64,000 bases of DNA from the NCBI GenBank assembly GCA_048939015.1, contig JBHLPW010000015.1:18438-82437 (forward strand), given 5' to 3'. A model generated the notes under the pieces. The model searched no databases. It saw only the letters and a program-made list of their open reading frames with translations, and was not told where the DNA came from. The position numbers and the translations under genes are program-made. Of the stretch, positions 20,800 to 30,225 are shown piece by piece. Source of the DNA: Promethearchaeota archaeon (GTDB lineage Archaea > Asgardarchaeota > Lokiarchaeia > Sigyniarchaeales > SOKP01). Within the stretch, counting starts at the first letter, position 1; each line of letters opens with the position of its first letter.

Positions 20800-21081
20800 T
20801 TATTTAGAAGAATTATAATAGAGAGCTAAATTTAAGTTGAGAACTCGCATATAAGATCTCACACCTAACATAAATTTCTCTATAAAATCCTTTTCTGGAA
20901 TTTTTACGTTTTCTTTAGACCACTTTTCTTCAAATTTTAATAGAAGTTCTTCTAGATCTTCAAGAAATTGACAATGAGTGCAATTCTTAGTTTTATGAAG
21001 ATCAAAATTCACATCATTAAAATTAAAATGGTCTATAAGATATTCTTTCTTTGCTCTATACTCTGATTCTACTTTTGACAT
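20800..21081 (-). CDS. Small His/Cys protein, paralogue of 21597-21911
   Basis: EYLID...H...CTHCQFLEDL...KW...RVLN. Confidence 0.7.
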   Translation of the reverse strand: MSKVESEYRAKKEYLIDHFNFNDVNFDLHKTKNCTHCQFLEDLEELLLKFEEKWSKENVKIPEKDFIEKFMLGVRSYMRVLNLNLALYYNSSK

Positions 21082-21143
21082 TTTTTCTCATCCTCTTATA
21101 AGCTTTTAAAAAAAAAGGGAGTTTAGGTGGATGGAGATTGCAT

Positions 21144-21398
21144 CTAATAAACGTAGCCGAGATTCCACTTTACCTTGAAAAACTCATCTTCGGTGACTTG
21201 AGAGAGTTTTTTCTTAAAATGGATAAAATCTACTTTGGCTTCATTTATTTTATCGCATTCCTGACATTTCCAGGTCTCCATTACTTGAATTGCACATGCA
21301 TCATTCCCCTTGTAATCCTTACCATTGAAATAACAGTGTTCCGAATGGTAGGCTTTTGCATGTCCAGTACAAAACTTACATGGTTTTGTTATACCCAT
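21144..21398 (-). CDS. Small Cys-rich protein
   Basis: CKFC...CQEC, GAGGT RBS. Confidence 0.65.
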   Translation of the reverse strand: MGITKPCKFCTGHAKAYHSEHCYFNGKDYKGNDACAIQVMETWKCQECDKINEAKVDFIHFKKKLSQVTEDEFFKVKWNLGYVY

Positions 21399-21483
21399 GA
21401 TTTTTACCTCTTTTTTTAGAGTTGTGGTTAGATATGTGTTGTCGCTAATTCAGAAATGTATAATATCCTTTCACTCGTTTTAC

Positions 21484-21949
21484 TCTGCCCTTACAACAGC
21501 ACATACCATTATATGCATTGATAGGAGAGAATGCAACACATATCATATTTTTTTAATATAGAGGTATTTTTTTGTTAGATTATTAGGAAGAAGAAGTTAA
21601 AAAAGGGAATTAGGCGATTTCGATACCATGAAACTTCGCTTAATGTTGAGAATTCTTATAAAAGCTCTCGTACATTGAGCTACATATTCCACGTATTCTT
21701 TTAAATCGTCATCAAAACCGAATTCCTTTTCTTCTTCTGTGTATTCCTTATCGAACCACTTTCGTGCTTCCTTTATGATGGAAACATCAAGGTCTCGTAA
21801 GAAAGTACAATAGCCACAACTCCAATCTGGTCTGTGATCACCATGAAAATGGTGTACAGTATCAAAAGGGTTGAAATCTATTAAATGCTCTATTTCTTGT
21901 AAATCTTCCATAACATCACCTCTGTGATATGTGTTGTTGTAAGAGCAGA
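21484..21949. repeat. Long-range inverted repeat pair A
   Basis: TCTGCCCTTACAACAGCACATACC (21484-21507) versus GATATGTGTTGTTGTAAGAGCAGA (21926-21949), 21/24; inner partial copy at 21534-21545. Confidence 0.85.
21597..21911 (-). CDS. Small His/Cys protein, paralogue of 20800-21081
   Basis: EHLID...H...CGYCTFLRDL...KW...RILN; GAGGTGA RBS. Confidence 0.7.
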   Translation of the reverse strand: MEDLQEIEHLIDFNPFDTVHHFHGDHRPDWSCGYCTFLRDLDVSIIKEARKWFDKEYTEEEKEFGFDDDLKEYVEYVAQCTRAFIRILNIKRSFMVSKSPNSLF

Positions 21950-22023
21950 AGAGTTTTCCGTATCTTGCATTGGTCGGTTCTTGCCGACATTCTTCTTTCT
22001 TTTTTTTAATTATTCCTAATTCT

Positions 22024-23034
22024 TTATTCTTGTAGAATCTTCATTTCTGACACAGTATAGTTATTGCTTACTAATTGCCTTAGAACTTCTATGTCTTTTA
22101 ACTTATATTTTCTTAGTGAGGTTTTAATTGTCCATATCCTTTTATTGTGCAATTCTACATGCTCTATTTTACAAATATGTCTTGGTGTTTTGCATATTGG
22201 GCAATTATCAGTTAGCCGAGTATTGTAGGTACCTTGAATCATAAATTTACTTTGATGGAGATACCCAAATAAATTATAACTGCTTTTTAGTCCTGAGCGG
22301 TCTTTCCATAATGCTATTTTGCTAAGGATATAAAATATGGTATAATATACATTGTTCCGTCGTGGTAAATGGTTTCTATAGGTGGCGTTTGGGTATTTCT
22401 CCCGAAACTTTAGATTATTCATGAGATACCCAAATCCAACTACATGAATATGAACATGAATCTTTTTTTCAATAGTCTTATCGTTCTTAGTACATTTACA
22501 GAAGTATTCCTTTTCATTACATTGGGTGCAAACATTACTCCATAAATGCAGAAATATAACTCCTCCTAGAACTCCAATATCTTTGAGCATAGGATAAACG
22601 ATTTTCCTTTTGAACTCTGTATATTTCTGATAGGTCTCAAAAGTATCTTGTCGTATATGAAACGCAATAGAAAAATGCATGATTTTACCTATTCCAATAC
22701 CATTTACATAGCAAATCCTTCGAAATTCCTTTAATCTATCATTTATCTTTCTTGCTTTAATAGAACATGCGGTAATAAAACATACTTCACAGTCTAATTT
22801 ATTACAATGCTGATATATCGACTTTTTAGAGTGAGGATCATGTTCACATTGCAGTTCATATCGCTTTTTATTGCAATTTTCCCTATATGTTCCCTGTGAT
22901 CCTGCGGGTATCCAGTTGTAACACTTCTCAAATGGTAATTTCGCATATCTGTTAACTTTTAGAGCTGTCTTTCTGCTAATTTTATTCAATGCGTTCTTGT
23001 AGACTATCTGTTTTAACTTCGTCATGATGTTCAA
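22024..23034 (-). CDS. HUH-superfamily rolling-circle Rep / IS91-like protein
   Basis: N-terminal Zn motif HCNKLDCEVC, motif I HFSIAF, GGVIFLHLW, HUH HVHIHVVGFG, motif III YYTIFYILSK. Confidence 0.75.
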   Translation of the reverse strand: MNIMTKLKQIVYKNALNKISRKTALKVNRYAKLPFEKCYNWIPAGSQGTYRENCNKKRYELQCEHDPHSKKSIYQHCNKLDCEVCFITACSIKARKINDRLKEFRRICYVNGIGIGKIMHFSIAFHIRQDTFETYQKYTEFKRKIVYPMLKDIGVLGGVIFLHLWSNVCTQCNEKEYFCKCTKNDKTIEKKIHVHIHVVGFGYLMNNLKFREKYPNATYRNHLPRRNNVYYTIFYILSKIALWKDRSGLKSSYNLFGYLHQSKFMIQGTYNTRLTDNCPICKTPRHICKIEHVELHNKRIWTIKTSLRKYKLKDIEVLRQLVSNNYTVSEMKILQE

Positions 23035-23106
23035 ATCTTTTAGTTAATTAATAAAAATATAAAATAAGGTTATTTAAAGCCCTCCATTTTTCATTCTGGC
23101 TTGTTT

Positions 23107-23207
23107 CTGTAATACAATTGGGATATTCGTAGTACAATTCAATTTTTTTGTAATACGATTTGTCTTTTTTGTACTACAATTACGATTCTATTGTACTACA
23201 ATTGAAA
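23107..23207. repeat. Five GTAnTACaatt repeats at 20-22 bp spacing upstream of the HUH gene
   Basis: Cores at 23109, 23129, 23150, 23171 and 23193. Confidence 0.85.
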
Positions 23208-23322
23208 CCACAGGGATTTTTGCCTAGAAATTAAAAGAAACAACCTATAATTGAATTGAGATTAGTTTTTATAATTTTGTATAAAGGATAGTGTAAATTG
23301 AACATTAGTAATTTATAAAAAA

Positions 23323-24126
23323 ATGAAAGAAAGAAGTATAACCTATGTTGTAGTCCCTGCTATGGTTTTTGGATTTGTCTTAATGTTTTCTCTATTTTAT
23401 TTGAATTGGGGATATTTCTTAAGTACATATCTTACTACTGATGGTTCTCTTCTTGTTGTATTAGTAATTCTTCTTAGGACAGGTGTAGTTTTTTCCATTG
23501 GGATTTTATTATTTGTAAAATGGCATAAACAAGAAGCACAGTACTTTTCGGATATTCGATTTTTATTCTCTTTGTTTTTTCTCGGCTTGGTGTTTGGAAA
23601 ACTCGGTGAAATATTTTATTATTTTATGTACTATCATTTTTCAGAGTCTTTGTTTGTTATAACACTTCAAGTTCGGTTTCTCTGGATGATCCTTAACCTG
23701 AGTCCCTTATTCTTCGTTACATTCGAAATCTTACTATACTATGTTTCTGAGAATTTTCAATCCATTAGCTTTTTAAAAAAAGACAATTCCAAATTAATAA
23801 AAAGAGTTCTTATCATCATTATATTGTTGATTGAAACTCTATTAATTTTTATGGCAACCAATGTTCAGACAATTTCCCTTCTTTATCCTATTGTTACAAT
23901 ATCATCTCTACTATTGGTCTCATGGCTCTTTTATTTGGCACATAGATATAAAAGATTGAAAGATGTAAAACCATTCATTTTATTTATCAGTTTCTTAATT
24001 TATGTGTTAAATTCGATTATACGGTATGCTCTCTTGCTAGTTTTTGGAACAACGCCAATTTATGTTCTTATATCAGAATCTTCTGACCTCATCGTGTCCT
24101 TTCTGATATTATATGGACTTACATAG
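23323..24126 (+). CDS. Polytopic (7-8 TM) membrane protein
   Basis: Hydrophobic segments throughout. Confidence 0.75.
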   Translation: MKERSITYVVVPAMVFGFVLMFSLFYLNWGYFLSTYLTTDGSLLVVLVILLRTGVVFSIGILLFVKWHKQEAQYFSDIRFLFSLFFLGLVFGKLGEIFYYFMYYHFSESLFVITLQVRFLWMILNLSPLFFVTFEILLYYVSENFQSISFLKKDNSKLIKRVLIIIILLIETLLIFMATNVQTISLLYPIVTISSLLLVSWLFYLAHRYKRLKDVKPFILFISFLIYVLNSIIRYALLLVFGTTPIYVLISESSDLIVSFLILYGLT

Positions 24127-24248
24127 AAAACAAATCACATTATTTTTTATTTTTACTTTTTTTTTATTAAAACTGCCTTGTGTGGATGTTGTAATAGGTT
24201 CTACTCAAAACATTTGTGTTTTAATAAATCGAATTAAATATATATTAT

Positions 24249-25385
24249 ATGAAAAAACAGGGGAAGTATAAGGTATTTTCATATCATGTGGAAAATTATT
24301 TAATCTTTTATGCGAGTATAAAGAAAAAGAAGAAATTAATCGCGTTTGCGATACTAGAAGATATTGATTTTGGTACAACCTTATCTATCTTAAATGACTT
24401 TTTAAGAAAGAGGGTAATACAGAATTATACCATCCAATTAGATACCTCTGAAAAATTTGAAAAGGTAATATTTGTAAATATTGAAAACTCTAACAAAGAA
24501 AATATCATTAAAGCCTTTTATTCTGTTCAAAAGGAATTTACTGATTTAAACATTAGCGCTAGGTTTCTTAGAGATAGAACCCTAGAACAAAAATTCATAG
24601 ATATCATTTTTGAAGATATTAATGTAGATACTTCCATTACAAAAGAAGGTGATGCAATATTGGTTACAGATGAGGAAAAGGCGATATTGTTTAATTTTTA
24701 TAGAATTAACTTTACGAACATAGAAAAAAAGAAATATTTTTTATTTACCTTCTTAAATCTTATTAAAAATATCAGAAGAACAGGCTTTCTTATGTTCTAT
24801 TTTACCATAGATTATTCTGAAAAAATTAAATTTACATCCTACTTTGTTGAGAAATATGAACAAGGAAAACAAATGGATAACTTTGAAAAAAGGGTTAATG
24901 AGTTCTTTAAAAGTGACCTGGTAAATCGAATAAATGTAAAAACAAAAGACTTTGGAAATATTATGTGGAGATTAGAAATTACTGATATTTATTTTCCTTT
25001 ACAGGATTTTAATGATATGTTTTCAAAACAAGATCAACATTCGTCTATGGATGTACTCAGAATGAACAGTATCATTGAAAAAAAGCTCTCAAATCATCAC
25101 ATTAAACATATTAGACTTAACAAGAATTTACTATTTATTAACCAGTCATATTTACTTCTGGTATTGCAACATTTAGAGTCGTCTATTATTCAGAAAATCA
25201 TCACAACCTATAGTTCCAAATATTTCATATATGTTTTAATTCTTAGTGAAGTAGACTATGAAAAGTTACTGGAAATTGAGTCAATTCAATTATTAGACAA
25301 TGTGAAACCACTTCATTTAAAGGAAATTCACCAATTCAATTATGAGGTTTTTAAAAAAAAATACTCATCTGAAATCGTTTCTTGA
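24249..25385 (+). CDS. Hypothetical protein
   Basis: 378 aa ORF. Confidence 0.7.
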   Translation: MKKQGKYKVFSYHVENYLIFYASIKKKKKLIAFAILEDIDFGTTLSILNDFLRKRVIQNYTIQLDTSEKFEKVIFVNIENSNKENIIKAFYSVQKEFTDLNISARFLRDRTLEQKFIDIIFEDINVDTSITKEGDAILVTDEEKAILFNFYRINFTNIEKKKYFLFTFLNLIKNIRRTGFLMFYFTIDYSEKIKFTSYFVEKYEQGKQMDNFEKRVNEFFKSDLVNRINVKTKDFGNIMWRLEITDIYFPLQDFNDMFSKQDQHSSMDVLRMNSIIEKKLSNHHIKHIRLNKNLLFINQSYLLLVLQHLESSIIQKIITTYSSKYFIYVLILSEVDYEKLLEIESIQLLDNVKPLHLKEIHQFNYEVFKKKYSSEIVS

Positions 25386-25386
25386 T

Positions 25387-26274
25387 CTAAAATCCTCTGT
25401 TAACTTCTGGTTTAGAACTCCTTTTCCTTGAAGAACTTGCACTTTTCAACCATTCACCAAAATTTTGAATTAAAGAAAGATTTTTTACAAAATCCTCTAT
25501 ATTTAAGTACAGTTTGTTTTTACCCTCACTAGTCTTATAATATTCTAACCGATTACCTTTATCTGCATTACAGTCCTTACAAAGTGCCATTAAATTTGGC
25601 TTCTGATTTGACCCACCTAAGCTAAATGGGAAAATATGGTCGATTTGCAATTCTACTTCAGGAAACTTTTTTTCGCAAATTTGACAGGTGAATTTATCCC
25701 GTTCTTTAACTTCATACTTTTTTTGTGGTGAGGGAGAGCGACTTTTAGCTTTGAAAACTGTAGGGTTTTTTAAAAGATAATCATAAATATTTTGAACTAA
25801 TGATTTCTCAAGTTGATTCAAAGTACTTAAATTTTCAATTATTTCACTTCTATCAATATTTTTAAGGCTTAAAAGCTGACTTTTTTGATATGTAAAAAAC
25901 TCTTGGAATTTTTCAATTATGAATCTTTTATCCCCATCTAAAAAAATAACATTCAATTCTAAGATCCTTGAAATATCATAAGTAAATACCGTATCTTTCT
26001 CCCTTCTATAACTTTTATTAAATTCATCTATTTGATGTGGTAAATACCTTCTTACTAATGGAAAAACACTATTATACCAAGTGTTGTATTTAGTTATAAT
26101 ATCTTGTTGGAGGTTTCTTAAATCTTCTGAAAGCAAATCAAAAGAATATTCATTTGGAGAATAAGCATCTGGTATTAAAGAAGCAGACTCAATTAACTCG
26201 ATAGCTAAGTTTTGAATCTCATCTGCTTTCTTTTCAAGAAGATCTACTCTTTCTTTTAAATCATTCGAATTCAT
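25387..26274 (-). CDS. HNH endonuclease with N-terminal helical domain
   Basis: RDKFTCQIC...IDHIFPFSLGGSN...NLMALCKDCNADK. Confidence 0.85.
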   Translation of the reverse strand: MNSNDLKERVDLLEKKADEIQNLAIELIESASLIPDAYSPNEYSFDLLSEDLRNLQQDIITKYNTWYNSVFPLVRRYLPHQIDEFNKSYRREKDTVFTYDISRILELNVIFLDGDKRFIIEKFQEFFTYQKSQLLSLKNIDRSEIIENLSTLNQLEKSLVQNIYDYLLKNPTVFKAKSRSPSPQKKYEVKERDKFTCQICEKKFPEVELQIDHIFPFSLGGSNQKPNLMALCKDCNADKGNRLEYYKTSEGKNKLYLNIEDFVKNLSLIQNFGEWLKSASSSRKRSSKPEVNRGF

Positions 26275-26293
26275 TTCTGTTTATTTTCATTAT

Positions 26294-27058
26294 TTATTTA
26301 TGCTCATTTTTTGCTTTATGTTCTTCTATCCACATATAAATTAGTGGTTTATATTCTTTCACTTTACCTTTAGGTATTTGAACTTTAATCAATTCTGTTT
26401 CTTCTCTCTCTTCTTTCACTCCTTTCCATTTCAAGCGCCACCAAATAATTCCCCAAATCACTAAGGAAGGTAAACCATTATATAGAAATATTGTTGCGAA
26501 TATTCCAAAACAGTCTAATCTAAGTTCATAACCTTTGAATGGATCAATATAATTGTACAAATAATTGATTAAAGAATTGATTATTAAACTAATAGAAAAT
26601 GTAAAGAAAAGAATTATTAATCCTGTGAAGGTATTTAGACGAGTATTCTTTCCAATTTTGTTGTAATTCATTTGGTATTCATACAAATTTTCTATTTGGT
26701 CTTTATAATCATCCTCAAATAGATTTTCATTGATGTTTTCCATAAACTTCATAAAATCTTTATAGTTCCAATCTCTATATGAACAAAGACTTTTTCTTAT
26801 TCCTAAAGTTCTATTCTCTTTTAAATTATAACCTATATTAATCATTGTGAACACAAAGTAAATAGATATTGATGTTAACATTGATAACTTTCCTGCGATA
26901 TTAAAATTGTCTAAAATATACACTAATAAAAAACTGAAGGCAGTAACTAAAGCAAGATTTATCTCTAAAAATTTATATCTTCGATTTTCCAACAACCTTA
27001 CAATTTCATTTGCTCTTTCGATTGTAAATCTTAAATCTTCTTTTAATACTTTATTCAT
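26294..27058 (-). CDS. Four-TM membrane protein (possible defence effector)
   Basis: TM pair, soluble linker, further TMs; co-oriented with the HNH gene. Confidence 0.6.
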   Translation of the reverse strand: MNKVLKEDLRFTIERANEIVRLLENRRYKFLEINLALVTAFSFLLVYILDNFNIAGKLSMLTSISIYFVFTMINIGYNLKENRTLGIRKSLCSYRDWNYKDFMKFMENINENLFEDDYKDQIENLYEYQMNYNKIGKNTRLNTFTGLIILFFTFSISLIINSLINYLYNYIDPFKGYELRLDCFGIFATIFLYNGLPSLVIWGIIWWRLKWKGVKEEREETELIKVQIPKGKVKEYKPLIYMWIEEHKAKNEHK

Positions 27059-27783
27059 CCTTTCTTCTATCCTTGAGTTTTTAATTGTTCTATTTTATTC
27101 ATTATATTGAATTGAATATAAATATGTAGTCACTACTTTAACAATATAAGAATGAAAATTTAGTTCCTGACATCATTAGGCACTGCAAATTTGCAGAAAA
27201 ATGATATATTTTTGTAAGAAATTGGGTAAGTTTCATGAAAAGTTGTCTTGCATTAGAAGACCAAAAAATATAACATTCTCAGGAACAAGTAACCTTAAGT
27301 TATTTTCCCAGTAAAGCCACTGGCAAGAGTGGTAAATATTCTACTGAGCCTTTTTAGTGTTAGAGTGATTTTTATTATACCAACCTTTAACTTAGATTAA
27401 CAAACTAGTGGATATAAATGGTTTAGTTTTTTTTGTTAGTTTTTGGTTCTTAACGATTTTTACCAAAGTAGTGACAAAAATAATTTTTCTTGGTACGTTT
27501 TTGGTATATATGTCGGTATTATAATTCCTTTAATTTTCAATTATCGCTTTTCAATAACACAATCTATAAAACTTTTAGAACTATTTTAAGATTGAATTTA
27601 TCTCCCTCCACTGAATTTTGTGTCTACCCAAATTTTTTTCTTTTTTATCATTCATACTATATAAAGGGGATTATTAGGGAACTCTCTAAAATATGTTTAC
27701 TAGTATATCTTCTCTGTAATCTTTTGTTCTTCCGAAATTGATATTTTTTTATTTATAATCTCTTCTGATTTGGGTTTAATCTT

Positions 27784-27943
27784 AATTACAGTTAAAAATG
27801 TTCGCCTCTCTTTAAATTCATCTAAATCTACATCAATAACCTACTTAAAATCAGTGTAAATCTCTTTTTTACTCATCTCTTTTCCCTACTCTTGTCTTTC
27901 TTGCTCTTTCATGAACTTTTCTACCTTTTCCTTAATTTTCTTT
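27784..27943 (-). pseudogene. Decayed copy of the 3' end of ORF 30226-30786
   Basis: Translates as KKIKEKVEKFMKEQERQE*GKEMSKKEIYTDFK*VIDVDLDEFKER versus KEIKEKVKQFIEEQDKHEQEKEMSKEEIFNEFEEVIDVDIDEFKER. Confidence 0.8.
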
Positions 27944-28048
27944 GCTTCTTCTCTCTTTCCATTTGCTTTATTCTTTTTCTGTGCTTCAAACCACATGGAT
28001 TGTATTAATTTCAGGAGCTAATAATATCAGTTGTATAAAATGTAAGAA

Positions 28049-28642
28049 TTATTCTTTTTCTTCATCTTCTAATATTTTATTTAGAATGGGAGTACAATTA
28101 TTATTGATTATATCGTCGATTTCAGATTCTTCAAATGTATCTATAGCAACTTTATTGAAATTTTCACCAACCATATAACCTAATTTTTCAATCCAAGGAT
28201 TTTCTAATGTTAGACTTCTTAATTTAAGTAATTCATCATAATAATCAAAGGAGATGTTAGAAATTTGTTGAAGATCTCCTACTAGAGGTTTCTTAATTAC
28301 ATTATTAGGTATTAATAAGAAGTAGAAACTATTTTTATAATTAAAAATCTCTTCTTTAAGAAAATTTATAACGACTTTTTTAATACAATTATTCTTGTCT
28401 TTTGCTTCGTCACAACCTTTTCTTAGCTTTTCTATCAGATGATTTATGATATGTTCAAGAGAATAAATAGGACAAACACTAATAAAGTTAAGTTTTTTCC
28501 ATTCTAAATCGCAGGTATAAGATATTATTATAATACCCTTGTAATGCTCTTTTGGTTCATAATATAATAAATCTTCATTTTTATAATCTAAAATGATATC
28601 TCCTTGACATAAAAATTGTGGAATGTCTTTTATCCTATACAT
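28049..28642 (-). CDS. PemK/MazF-like protein of the TIGR04255 operon
   Basis: LCQGDII...IIISYTCDL...SVCPIYSL. Confidence 0.5.
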   Translation of the reverse strand: MYRIKDIPQFLCQGDIILDYKNEDLLYYEPKEHYKGIIIISYTCDLEWKKLNFISVCPIYSLEHIINHLIEKLRKGCDEAKDKNNCIKKVVINFLKEEIFNYKNSFYFLLIPNNVIKKPLVGDLQQISNISFDYYDELLKLRSLTLENPWIEKLGYMVGENFNKVAIDTFEESEIDDIINNNCTPILNKILEDEEKE

Positions 28643-28656
28643 AACATATAATTCTC

Positions 28657-29082
28657 TTAAATATTGGATTCCTCTTTTTCTTGGATTAAATAATCTCTAA
28701 TTTTTTCTTCTAATAAGCTGTCAGAAATACCAAATCTACGTTCCTTTGATTTTATAAGTGTGTTGATTTTATTTTCTAATGAATTTATTTGATTTGTATA
28801 ATTTCTTATATTTTCATTATTTTCCCTAACTAAATTTTTATATTCTTCTTTATAATCTCTTTCAAGATCTCTTAGCTTTCTTTCTAAATACCAATTCTTT
28901 TCAATTAATTTATTAATTATTATATAAGGATTATCAACTTCCGAAGTACTTCCAGTTGATTGTGGATCTTCCACAATTTTCTCTTCATAATTTTCTTCTC
29001 GTATTAGATAATCTATTCTATCTAGATCCTCATAGTCAATATCAGTTTCTAATTCACTTTCCCTACTACTCATATTACTCAC
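28657..29082 (-). CDS. Acidic coiled-coil hypothetical protein
   Basis: 141 aa ORF overlapping the upstream stop codon. Confidence 0.6.
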   Translation of the reverse strand: MSNMSSRESELETDIDYEDLDRIDYLIREENYEEKIVEDPQSTGSTSEVDNPYIIINKLIEKNWYLERKLRDLERDYKEEYKNLVRENNENIRNYTNQINSLENKINTLIKSKERRFGISDSLLEEKIRDYLIQEKEESNI

Positions 29083-29788
29083 GATTCATTATAAAATCTA
29101 AATATTCTTTTTTTATATTCTCCTTAAAATGTTTTAAAATAGTGTCATGTAAACGATTAAGAATTTCTAAATAATTTTCAATAGTAGAACTATTTATATA
29201 ATAGCAATCATAATCAAAGACGAATGAATATCTATCGTCCTGTCTTTTACCATATTTGTTGATTATGTTAATATTATATTTTTCTTCTTTTTTATTAAAC
29301 TGAATATTAAAATTATTGATTTTTGTATTCTCATCTATATTTGTGAAGAAAAGATTAAAATATCTCAATACTTTTTGTATATCTGGTTCTTTTTCGTTAA
29401 AATCTTCTCTATTTATATATCTAAGTCCTATTCTTGAAAATTTATCAATATTATTAATCTTAAAAAATTCTCCAAAATATTCTTCAATATATTTAGATAT
29501 AATACTAAATCTCATATATTCATCAGCTATAAGTACAATTAGATTATTTTTCACTCGTAGTCCAATCTCTTGTTTATCAGATCTAAAATTCCAAGAAAAT
29601 TCGTCAACAATTCCATGTTTTGATGTAGTTGGTAAGGTTTGAGTATAATATTTAGGAAAAACCTCTCGAATTTTATCTTGAAAATCTGGAATTTTATCTG
29701 CAATTTTTAAAAAAGTTGGAAATCTAATTTCACAACTTATTGATTTTAAAGGAGGATTTTTAATACCCTTCAAATTTTCGTCTATCAT
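29075..29788 (-). CDS. TIGR04255-family protein
   Basis: NPPLKSISCEIRF, FSRIGLRYINR, FDYDCY. Confidence 0.8.
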   Translation of the reverse strand: MIDENLKGIKNPPLKSISCEIRFPTFLKIADKIPDFQDKIREVFPKYYTQTLPTTSKHGIVDEFSWNFRSDKQEIGLRVKNNLIVLIADEYMRFSIISKYIEEYFGEFFKINNIDKFSRIGLRYINREDFNEKEPDIQKVLRYFNLFFTNIDENTKINNFNIQFNKKEEKYNINIINKYGKRQDDRYSFVFDYDCYYINSSTIENYLEILNRLHDTILKHFKENIKKEYLDFIMNRE

Positions 29789-30225
29789 AATATCACATAT
29801 TTTGAATTATGCTAATTTTGAAATAAATTTATTGTCATTCTTATTATATTTAAAGAATAAAAATAATTAGAACTTTTCCATTCTTCAAAAAAAAATTTAA
29901 ATTAGTTAATATTAGCGTTTGCTATCTTTTCTCCAAATTCAGTCTTATTATCTTCAATCTCTTTTAACAGTATATTTTCAATATCCTCAATTTCCTTTTT
30001 AATTTTCGATTTTTTTTCTTTCTTAAAAGATTCAAGATTCTATTTTTTTTTATGATTTCTGGGTGATTTTAGATATATTAGAAATACAAAAAATTCAAGT
30101 AATTTTATTTTTCCATAAAATAAAGATACCAGATTCTTATTAATCTCATGACAATTGTTTTATTAAATCAATATTAATTTTTTTACTTCTAAATTTTTGC
30201 TATATTGAATTACCGTTAAAATTTT

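Larger units (their letters stand above)
20683..21457. repeat. Long-range inverted repeat pair B
   Basis: ATTTCTGCCCTAGCGACAACACATACC (20683-20709) versus GATATGTGTTGTCGCTAATTCAGAAAT (21431-21457), 23/27; inner partial copy at 20724-20736. Confidence 0.85.

Noticed and set aside
20683-21949. Bulge-helix-bulge splicing motifs in the long stems
   Set aside because: Could not find two 3-nt bulges separated by 4 bp in pair A or B
23107-23207. CRISPR array
   Set aside because: Repeats are about 11-13 bp with a 21-bp period; spacers are far too short and no cas genes are present
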